A stretch of DNA of 64,000 bases from Candidatus Multivoradales bacterium (lineage in GTDB: Bacteria > Acidobacteriota > Thermoanaerobaculia > Multivoradales > JAHEKO01). The stretch spans positions 1-64,000 of the forward strand of contig CBDCXM010000009.1 of assembly GCA_965223855.1 (NCBI GenBank). Reading direction: 5' to 3'. Every line of letters begins with the position of its first letter. Positions within the stretch are counted from its first letter, which is position 1. The notes under the pieces are model-generated. The model was not told where the DNA came from, did not search any database, and was given only the letters and a program-made list of their open reading frames with translations. The position numbers and the translations under genes are program-made. This document shows, piece after piece, positions 1 to 7,718 of this stretch.

Positions 1-873
1 CTCGCCTGCGGGAGTGTCGGCGAACACCGCCTCGGGACCGAGCAGGACGCCGGTCCCTTCGTCGATCTGGCGCTCGTCGAACTTGAGGTCGCTCCCGGCG
101 CGCGAGAAGTCCCAGTAGTTGAAGCCGGTGACGGTGCCGTTCGGCCGTACCCGGTAGAAGCCGAACTGGTGGTGGTAGTTCATGACCGACAGGTAGTTCG
201 GCTTGTGGGTCGCGTGGCGCCGGGGGTTGGCTCCGCCATGGGTCAGGCCGAGGTTGTGGCCGAGCTCATGCAGAAAGGTGCCGACCTCGGCCCGACGGAT
301 GAAACGCGGCGGCCCCGCACCCTGATACTGCCCCATGGCGACGATGAAGGTGTCGCCCGGGATGCCGGCGCCGATCGACCGGGACGAGGTCGAGAAACCG
401 CTGACTCCTCCCTCGTCGATCGAGTTCACGAACATGCAGTAGTGCATGTAGGGGCGCATGGTCGTCGCATTGGCGCCGGTGAACGGCTTGCCGTCGAAGC
501 TCGCGTTTCGCGTCGCCATCGCCTTGTTCCACATCTCGACGAAGCCGGGGCCCGTGCGCACATCACCCCAGCGCTCTTCGAACGGGATCGTTCGATCCAT
601 CGTCACGTGAAGCTCGATCCCGCCGTCCACCGGAGCGCGCGAGAAAACCTGCCGGACCCGGTTGCGCAACTGCGCCCGGTTCTTGACCGTGCGTGGCATC
701 CAATCGCACTCCACCCAGACGTCCTTGACGGTCGGGCTGCCGCCGGCGGCCTGATACCAGGCCTGGTTCTCGATCGAATCGGGAATCGAGTCGCGGTCTG
801 TGTCCTGAGCCTCGGCAGCGGCGATCGACACGAGCACGACCGTCGCGAAGAGGACGAAAGTCCTTCGGAACAT
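1..873 (-). CDS. Secreted metzincin-type zinc metalloprotease (3' end runs off the window)
   Basis: Manual translation from ATG 873 (RBS AAGGAGG): signal peptide MFRRTFVLFATVVLVSIAAAEA, HELGHNLGLTH (HExxHxxGxxH) and Met-turn-like LSVMNY; open to position 1; absent from the ORF track. Confidence 0.8.
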   Translation of the reverse strand, partial: MFRRTFVLFATVVLVSIAAAEAQDTDRDSIPDSIENQAWYQAAGGSPTVKDVWVECDWMPRTVKNRAQLRNRVRQVFSRAPVDGGIELHVTMDRTIPFEERWGDVRTGPGFVEMWNKAMATRNASFDGKPFTGANATTMRPYMHYCMFVNSIDEGGVSGFSTSSRSIGAGIPGDTFIVAMGQYQGAGPPRFIRRAEVGTFLHELGHNLGLTHGGANPRRHATHKPNYLSVMNYHHQFGFYRVRPNGTVTGFNYWDFSRAGSDLKFDERQIDEGTGVLLGPEAVFADTPAGE

Positions 874-1007
874 GGCGAACCTCCTTCACACTGCTTGGTC
901 TTTCGGAAGGGGCGAGATGTTACCGCATCCACAACCGCGGATCGGCTATCGCTCTTCCCGCTCGCTCGGTTCGGGCCGCCGGGTGCACCCGCCCGGGGGC
1001 GGGACCC

Positions 1008-1427
1008 TCAGGCTCCGTAGAGCATGAGATAGATCACCACTCCGGTGACCGAGACGTACAGCCAGATCGGCAGGGTCCAGCGGGCGATCCGCCGATGTTC
1101 GTCGAAGCGCCGTCGGAGTCCGCGGTGAAGGGTGAGGACGGCAAGCACCGGCACCGTCGCCGCGAGCACGATATGGCTGATGAGGATCGCGAAGTAGACG
1201 GTCCTCAGGGGCCCGTCCCCGGCATAGCGCACCGAGCCCACCTGGTAGTGGTAGACGAGGTAGCTCACCAGGAAGAGCACCGAACAGCCGAACGCGCACT
1301 TCATCAGCCATTCGTGGAGGTTCAGCAGCCTGCGCCGCACGGCGACGTAGCCGGCGACGAGGAACAGCGCACTCACCCCGTTGAGGATGGCGTTGACGGA
1401 CGCCAGCCTCGAGTAGTCGAACGTCAC
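1008..1427 (-). CDS. DUF420 (CtaM/YozB-like) oxidase assembly membrane protein
   Basis: Four TM segments, NAILN, LISHIVLA, HRRIARWTLPIWLYVSVTG; last gene of the cox operon; GTG start inferred. Confidence 0.85.
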   Translation of the reverse strand: MTFDYSRLASVNAILNGVSALFLVAGYVAVRRRLLNLHEWLMKCAFGCSVLFLVSYLVYHYQVGSVRYAGDGPLRTVYFAILISHIVLAATVPVLAVLTLHRGLRRRFDEHRRIARWTLPIWLYVSVTGVVIYLMLYGA

Positions 1428-1461
1428 GGGCGCCGCCCTGAAGACCCTGAAGAGAGCCCGG

Positions 1462-2316
1462 TCAGGCGCCGGCTTCGGAATCGGCCGGCAGTTCGGCCGA
1501 CTCGCCCTCGGCGCCCTCTTCGCCGGCCGCCGCTTCGGGCTCCGGTTCCGGCTCCGGCGCGGGCATCTTCTTCGCCACCTCGCCGTCCATCCATGCCTGG
1601 AACTCATCGGCCGGCAGGATGTGGAGGAATCCCCTCATCCGATAGTGGCCGAGACCGCAAAGCTGCGCACAGGCGATCTCCCAGCGCTCGTCGCCGTTGG
1701 TCTTGACCGGCGTGAAGCGGACGGCGACCTCCATCCCGGGGATGGCGTCCTGCTTGACCCGCATCACCGGCAGGGCGAAGGAGTGAATGACGTCTTTCGA
1801 GGAGAGCATCACCGTCACCGGCTGGTCGACCGGCAGGCGGAGTTGATTGATCGTCGTCACGTCGTCGGCGCCGGCCGGATCGTCCGGGTCGAGGCCGATC
1901 GGGTTGGTCGGATCGATCCGCTCGATGTCGGCGCTTCCGAACACGCCGTCGGGGCCCGGATAGTGAACGTTCCAGGCGAACTGTTCGCCGATCACCCTCA
2001 CCATCAGCGGATCCGCGTCGTCGGGGTGCGGGCTGACCCATGCGGCCCATGCCGGCAGCGCGAAGCCGATCAACAGGACCGCCTCGATCACGGCCACACC
2101 GATCTCGGAGTAGGTCGAGATGTGACTCTTGACCCCCTCGTAGTCCGCCTGCTCGTTGCGCCCGCTGCGGAAGCGGAAGAGCACGTACAGGAAGTAGGCA
2201 CCCCAACCGACGAACAGCACCAGCATCAGCCAGTGGACCATGTACGTCATGTGATCGAGATGCGCGCCGTGGGCAGACGCATCCGTGGGGAAGAACTTGC
2301 CGATCAGACCTTCCAT
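1462..2316 (-). CDS. ctaC: Cytochrome c oxidase subunit II (CuA, no fused cytochrome c)
   Basis: Two TMs, EQFAW, DVIHSF, CuA motif CAQLCGLGHYRM. Confidence 0.93.
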   Translation of the reverse strand: MEGLIGKFFPTDASAHGAHLDHMTYMVHWLMLVLFVGWGAYFLYVLFRFRSGRNEQADYEGVKSHISTYSEIGVAVIEAVLLIGFALPAWAAWVSPHPDDADPLMVRVIGEQFAWNVHYPGPDGVFGSADIERIDPTNPIGLDPDDPAGADDVTTINQLRLPVDQPVTVMLSSKDVIHSFALPVMRVKQDAIPGMEVAVRFTPVKTNGDERWEIACAQLCGLGHYRMRGFLHILPADEFQAWMDGEVAKKMPAPEPEPEPEAAAGEEGAEGESAELPADSEAGA

Positions 2317-2571
2317 TTAGCTACTCCCTCCCTCGAGCAATTCGAACCGCGCCCTCCGCTCCTCGAGCCGCCGCACACGGCGTCGGAAGCTGACGAAGAG
2401 GGCGACGAATCCGGCCTGAACGACCAGGACGACGCCCAGCAGAAACAGCACACCGTTGTTGGTTCCCTCGGCCATCTGCGACTCGGAGTCACCGAAGCAG
2501 ACAGGGCAGGCGGCAGCCACGGAGGCGACCGTCATGGCGAGAACGAAGAGGCCTGCGATCCGGCGCGTCAT
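2317..2571 (-). CDS. Small exported membrane protein with N-terminal CPVC motif
   Basis: Signal peptide ending AAA-CPVCFG, one TM, basic tail; ATGA overlap with the upstream gene, abuts ctaC. Confidence 0.7.
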   Translation of the reverse strand: MTRRIAGLFVLAMTVASVAAACPVCFGDSESQMAEGTNNGVLFLLGVVLVVQAGFVALFVSFRRRVRRLEERRARFELLEGGSS

Positions 2572-2771
2572 CGCAGTTCCTGAAGCTTTCTGAAAAAGCG
2601 GGTCCCGTAGACGACGAGCGCGATGCCCGAGGCGAACGACGCGAGCGCCACCGCCAGAGCGGAGCCGTCGTCGCTCCCCAGGAACTCCCGCACGCCCCAC
2701 GCGGCGACGACCGCCGACAGGGCGATCGACACGACGATGAAGACTACGTGGAAGGCGCGAATCGACATCAC
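2568..2771 (-). CDS. Small 2-TM hypothetical protein in the cox operon
   Basis: MSIRAFHVVFI... with two hydrophobic helices; overlaps both neighbours. Confidence 0.65.
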   Translation of the reverse strand: MMSIRAFHVVFIVVSIALSAVVAAWGVREFLGSDDGSALAVALASFASGIALVVYGTRFFRKLQELR

Positions 2772-3076
2772 ATCCCGCTCGCTACGGAGCCGAGGCGGCC
2801 GAACGACGGACCGATCATCAGCACGACGAAGAAGACGAGTGTCAGCAGCAGGATGGCGTAGATCGCCTGCTTCTCCGAAAGCAGATGCATGAAGACGCCT
2901 GCGACCAGGCCTCCCTTGAAACAGGCGACCAGGAGGGCGATGAAAACCGCCACGCCAGGGCTGACGTCCAGGTAGCTCACCGCGACCGTGATCACCGTCA
3001 GCACCACGAGGGCGAGGAACACCACCCAGTACTTGCGTGCCTCGGCCCTGATCTCTTCGACGCTGTGTCCGCTCAT
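2768..3076 (-). CDS. Cytochrome c oxidase subunit IV family protein
   Basis: YWVVFLALVVLT...KGGLVAGVFMHL, three TMs. Confidence 0.85.
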   Translation of the reverse strand: MSGHSVEEIRAEARKYWVVFLALVVLTVITVAVSYLDVSPGVAVFIALLVACFKGGLVAGVFMHLLSEKQAIYAILLLTLVFFVVLMIGPSFGRLGSVASGM

Positions 3077-3095
3077 GTCTGTCGCACCCTTCTGC

Positions 3096-3746
3096 TTACA
3101 AGAGATAGAGGCTGGGGAAGAGGAAGATCCACACCAGATCGACGAAGTGCCAGTAGAGACCTGCGACTTCGACCCGGTTCGTGAAGCGCTCCGGCTCGGT
3201 CTTCCACATCTTCGCTCCCGGCCCCCAGAGGTAGCCGTTGACGATCAGGCCGCCGATGACGTGCAGGGCATGAAGGCCCGTCATCGTGAAGTAGATCGCC
3301 ATGAAGTTGCCCGAGGACGGGAAGATGTCGTGCGAGAACTTCGAGCTGTACTCAATCGCCTTGATGACCATGAAACCGAGCGCACACAGGTTCGTCAGGC
3401 CCATCCACAGCTTGAACTTGCCGAAGTCCTTCAGCTTGAGCGCGACCCACGAGAGCACCATGGTCACACTGGAGAAGATCAGCACCAGCGTATTGAGGAA
3501 CGCCAGAGGCACGTTGAGCTGGTCGGACCAGATCATCGAGCCGTGATCGCCCCCGTGGCCGAGGTGTTCCGCCACTGCGTGCGGAATGGTCATGAAGTTC
3601 GGATCGCCGGTCCGCAGCAGGACGTAGGAGGAGAAGAGAGCTCCGAAGAGCATCACCTCCGAGGCGAGGAACAGCCAAACCCCGAGCTTGGCGTTGTAGA
3701 GGCCGGTGTCGGGCCTTGCCTTGACGTTGTACGGAATCTCGACCAT
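3096..3746 (-). CDS. ctaE: Heme-copper oxidase subunit III (short form)
   Basis: [30 protein letters not shown]; TGATG overlap with subunit I. Confidence 0.92.
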   Translation of the reverse strand: MVEIPYNVKARPDTGLYNAKLGVWLFLASEVMLFGALFSSYVLLRTGDPNFMTIPHAVAEHLGHGGDHGSMIWSDQLNVPLAFLNTLVLIFSSVTMVLSWVALKLKDFGKFKLWMGLTNLCALGFMVIKAIEYSSKFSHDIFPSSGNFMAIYFTMTGLHALHVIGGLIVNGYLWGPGAKMWKTEPERFTNRVEVAGLYWHFVDLVWIFLFPSLYLL

Positions 3747-5551
3747 CAGCTTTCCTCGCTCCCGCGGTCGGCCTGGTCGCCGGTGTCCGCCGGCACGTTG
3801 GCGTGTTGCGGCATGAACCCTCTCGGCTGCTCGGGCGGGCTGTACTCGTAAGGTCCGCGGTAGACGGCCGGCACCTCGGTGAAGTTGCCGTGCGCGACCG
3901 GCGGCGACGGCGCGGCCGCCCACTCGAGGGTGGTCGCCTGCCACGGATTGTCGCCGCACTCCTTACCCTTCCTGATACTCCAGAAGAGGTTGAGGATGAA
4001 CGGAATCTGGGCAATCGCGAGCCCGAAGGCCGCCATCGACATGAACTGGTTCCAGTGGAGAACCGGCTGCGCATGGGCGTACTGGGTGCCGCCGTCGTAG
4101 AGACGCCGTGACACGCCGGCGAGCCCCTGGATGAACATCGGCATGAAGATGCAGTTCATGAGAATCAGCGACGGCCAGAAGTGGAGCTTGCCCAACAGCT
4201 CGCTCATCCGCTTGCCGGTGATCTTCGGGAACCAGTAGTAGATGCCGGCGAACATGGCGAAGATGGTGCCGGGCGCCACCACGTAGTGGAAGTGGCCGAT
4301 CACGTAGTAGGTGTCATGAAGGTGAATGTCGGTCGCCGAGAAGCCGAGCGGCAGCCCGGTGAGACCGCCGATACCGAACATCGGCAGGAAAGCGAGCGCG
4401 AACAGCATCGGCGTGTTGAAGCGGATCGAGCCGCCCCACAGCGAGATGAAGAGCGCCGAGAGGATGATCACCGACGGGATCGAGATGATCATCGTCGTCG
4501 TCTGGAAGAAGGCGGAGATCGTCGTCCCCATGCCGGTCAGGAACATGTGATGGGCCCAGACGATGAACGACATGAAGCCGAGGAAGATCGCCGCGTAGAC
4601 CATCGACTTGTAGCCCCACAGCGGCTTGCGGGTGTTGTTGGCGAGCACTTCGGCGACGATGCCCATCGCCGGCAGGATCAGGACGTAGACCTCTGGATGG
4701 GCCAGGAACCAGAAGAGGTGCTGCCACAGGAGCGGACTGCCGCCGCCGGCACCCTGAACGACCTCCCCGGAGACGACCAGGCCACTCGGCATGAAGAAGC
4801 TGGTGTCGAAGACGCGGTCCATGAGCTGGAAGAAGCCGGCCGCTTCGAGCGGCGGGAAGGCCAGCAGCAGGAGGAAGGAGGTGACGAGCTGTGCCCAGAC
4901 GAAGAACGGCAGACGCATCCAGGTGAGCCCCTCGGCCCGAAGCTGGAAGATCGTGACGATGAAGTTGACCGAGCCGAGCAGCGACGAGGTGATGAGGAAC
5001 ACCATCCCCATGAGCCACCAGGTCTGCCCGGTGGTCGCCGTGACCGACAGGGGCGGATAGGAGGTCCATCCCGAGTTCGCGGCTCCTCCCGGCACGAAGA
5101 AGCTGGCGAACATGATCACTCCGCCGGCGAAGTAGATCCAGTAGCTCATCATGTTGAGCTTCGGGAACGCCATGTCGGGAGCGCCGATCTGGAGCGGCAC
5201 CAGGTAGTTGCCGAAGGCACCGACCGCGAGCGGCACGATCGCCAGGAACACCATGATCGTTCCGTGCATCGCACCGAGCTGGTTGTAGAACTCGGGCAGC
5301 ATGATGCCGCCGGGAGCGTTGGCGTCGCCCAGCAGACCGCCGACGATTGGAATCGGCTGCCCCGGATAGGCGAGCTGCCAGCGCATCATCAGCATCAGAA
5401 AGAAGCCGAAGAGGAGGAAGCACAGCGCGGTGAATCCGTACTGGATCCCGATGACCTTGTGATCCTGCGAGAAGACGTACTTCGTCAGGAAGCTCTCCTC
5501 GTGGTGCCCGTGGTCGTGCGCTTCTTCCGGGTGTGTCTCGAGAACGCTCAT
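3746..5551 (-). CDS. ctaD: Cytochrome c oxidase subunit I, A1-like (LAHPEVY), K-channel Lys replaced
   Basis: MHGT, PDMAFP, HPEVY, WAHH, HDTY, HFH; His-rich N-terminus. Confidence 0.95.
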   Translation of the reverse strand: MSVLETHPEEAHDHGHHEESFLTKYVFSQDHKVIGIQYGFTALCFLLFGFFLMLMMRWQLAYPGQPIPIVGGLLGDANAPGGIMLPEFYNQLGAMHGTIMVFLAIVPLAVGAFGNYLVPLQIGAPDMAFPKLNMMSYWIYFAGGVIMFASFFVPGGAANSGWTSYPPLSVTATTGQTWWLMGMVFLITSSLLGSVNFIVTIFQLRAEGLTWMRLPFFVWAQLVTSFLLLLAFPPLEAAGFFQLMDRVFDTSFFMPSGLVVSGEVVQGAGGGSPLLWQHLFWFLAHPEVYVLILPAMGIVAEVLANNTRKPLWGYKSMVYAAIFLGFMSFIVWAHHMFLTGMGTTISAFFQTTTMIISIPSVIILSALFISLWGGSIRFNTPMLFALAFLPMFGIGGLTGLPLGFSATDIHLHDTYYVIGHFHYVVAPGTIFAMFAGIYYWFPKITGKRMSELLGKLHFWPSLILMNCIFMPMFIQGLAGVSRRLYDGGTQYAHAQPVLHWNQFMSMAAFGLAIAQIPFILNLFWSIRKGKECGDNPWQATTLEWAAAPSPPVAHGNFTEVPAVYRGPYEYSPPEQPRGFMPQHANVPADTGDQADRGSEES

Positions 5552-5778
5552 CAACCCCTCCTGCCCGCTCCGGCGCCTCTCTGGCCACTCCGGAAAGCGA
5601 TCACTCTGGTCTTCGATTCCAGCGGAGTGTAACGGCCCGCCGGAGTGGTCGCAACCGCGCCCCGGGCGGCTTTCGCGGCTGCGCGAGCGGGGCCTGTGCA
5701 GGGTCTTGCGAGGCCTCTTGATAGCTTCGCCCGAGACCCGGCCACCACCTTGCCGACCTGCTTGCGGCAACCCAGACC

Positions 5779-7572
5779 ATGCCCTCCGAACCGGACTCCG
5801 ACAACTCCTCGACGACCCTCTCCGGCAGGCGGTTCGACTGGCGCAACGCCGTCCTCGTGATCGTCGCGCCGGTGGTCTTCTTCGCCCTGCTCGAAGGGAT
5901 CCTCGCGCTCGCCCGGGTCGAGCCGGTGCTCTACCCCGAGGACCCCTACGTCGGCTTCTCGTCACGGGTGCCGCTCTTCGTCCCGGCCGCCGAAGATCCC
6001 GCCGTGCTCGAGACGGCCGCCAACAAGCTGAGGCTGTTCAACCCCCAGCGATTTCCCAGGAAGAAACCTGCCGGCACCACCCGGATCTTCTGTGTCGGCG
6101 GCTCCACGACCTTCGGCAGGCCTTACGATCACGACACTTCCTTCTGCGGCTGGCTCGCGCGCCTGCTGCCCGCGATCGTCCCCGACCGGCAGTGGGAGGT
6201 GATCAACGCCGGCGGGGTCAGCTACGCCAGCTACCGCTCGGCGCTCGTGATGGAGGAACTCGCCGGTTACGAGCCCGACGTCTTCGTCATCTACTCGGGC
6301 CACAACGAATTCCTCGAAGAGCGCACCTACTCCGGCCTCATCGCGGTGCCGGAGCCGATCCGCGGCGTGGGCGCCGTCGCCAGCCGGACTCGTACCTGGG
6401 CGTTGCTGCGTTCCGTCCTCCTTCCCGAATCCCGGGCCGACGACGAGGACGACGTGCCGCTGATGGCCGCCGAGGTGACGACGAAGCTCGATGCCTCGGT
6501 CGGGCCCGACGCCTACGAACGCGACGACGCGCTCGCCGAGACGATCCTCGCTCACTACCGCTTCAACCTCGCGCGGATGGTCGACATCGCGCGCGCGGCG
6601 GGCGCGCAACCGATCCTGGTGACACCGGCTTCCAATCTGCGGGACTGCACGCCGTTCAAGAGTCAGTCGAGCCTTGCCGGGGAGGGCGAGGAGAGGGCTC
6701 GCTTCGAGCGCCGGCTGGGCGACGCCCGCGAGGCTCTGCGGCAAGGCGGTCACGAGGAAGCCCGCGCCGCGGCGACGGCGGCGGTCGCTCTCGACCCCCG
6801 ACATGCCGAAGCGCAGTACCGGCTGGGCGCCGCTCTCGACGCTCTCGGGGAGACGGCTGCCGCCCGGGAAGCGTTCACCCGTGCCAGAGACGAGGACGTC
6901 TGTCCGCTCCGCGCACCGACGCCGATCGCGCGGCTGGTGCGCGAGACGGCCGAACGACGGGAGGTCGAGCTGTTCGACTTCGCCGCCCGCACCGACGCGC
7001 TCGCGCGCGACGGAATCCCGGGTGCCGACCTCTTCCTCGACCACGTCCACCCGACCATCGACGCGCACCGCGAGCTCGCCGTCGGGCTGCTGTCGAGTCT
7101 ACGCTCCCTCGGCGTGTTGCCCACCTCGAGCCGCTGGGAGCCGGAACTGGTGGCCGGGGTCGCACGCGAAGTCGAGGCGGGACTCGACCGCGCCGCGCAC
7201 GGACGCGCGCTGCTCAACCTCTCGAAGGTGCTCGGCTGGGCCGGCAAGCTCGAGGACTCCGCCCATCTCGCCGCCCGCGCCGTCGAGCTCGCCCCGGAGG
7301 AGCCGGGAGCGCACTACCAGGCGGGCCTCACCGCCCAACTGACCGGCCGCCTCGAGGAAGCGATCGGCCACTACCGCCGGTCGCTCGACCTTGCCCCCAA
7401 CGCCGTGACGACGCACGGCAACCTGGCGGCCGCCCTCGAGGCGCGAGGGCAGCGGCTGCAGGCGATCCTCCACTACCGGCGCGCCCTCGCACTGCTGGGC
7501 GACGAGGAGAGCCCGTACAAGCAGCAGCTCACCGCCACCCTCGAGCGACTCGGGGCGACGCCTCGAGGTTGA
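5779..7572 (+). CDS. Membrane-anchored SGNH/GDSL-family hydrolase with TPR repeats
   Basis: N-terminal TM; GGSTT, GHNE and DHVHP blocks; TPR-like helical repeats. Confidence 0.8.
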   Translation: MPSEPDSDNSSTTLSGRRFDWRNAVLVIVAPVVFFALLEGILALARVEPVLYPEDPYVGFSSRVPLFVPAAEDPAVLETAANKLRLFNPQRFPRKKPAGTTRIFCVGGSTTFGRPYDHDTSFCGWLARLLPAIVPDRQWEVINAGGVSYASYRSALVMEELAGYEPDVFVIYSGHNEFLEERTYSGLIAVPEPIRGVGAVASRTRTWALLRSVLLPESRADDEDDVPLMAAEVTTKLDASVGPDAYERDDALAETILAHYRFNLARMVDIARAAGAQPILVTPASNLRDCTPFKSQSSLAGEGEERARFERRLGDAREALRQGGHEEARAAATAAVALDPRHAEAQYRLGAALDALGETAAAREAFTRARDEDVCPLRAPTPIARLVRETAERREVELFDFAARTDALARDGIPGADLFLDHVHPTIDAHRELAVGLLSSLRSLGVLPTSSRWEPELVAGVAREVEAGLDRAAHGRALLNLSKVLGWAGKLEDSAHLAARAVELAPEEPGAHYQAGLTAQLTGRLEEAIGHYRRSLDLAPNAVTTHGNLAAALEARGQRLQAILHYRRALALLGDEESPYKQQLTATLERLGATPRG

Positions 7573-7718
7573 GGGCAACGCTCGCGGCTCCACCGGGCCT
7601 GTGCACCGCTTCCTTGCCGCTCGAGGCCGCGCACCGCTACACTGAGCGATCAGTGTTCATTTCACCATGGCCCTCGCGCCCGCCCGAAGCGCGAGACTCC
7701 AGAAAGGGAACTCGAGTC

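Noticed and set aside
5490-5551. His-rich N-terminus of oxidase subunit I as a novel metal site
   Set aside because: Such His-rich leaders are common in subunit I proteins
5706-7718. N-terminal 670 aa of the 1474-aa ORF
   Set aside because: Arg/Pro-rich off-frame shadow of the SGNH-TPR gene; the real M36 gene starts at 7719 with a signal peptide
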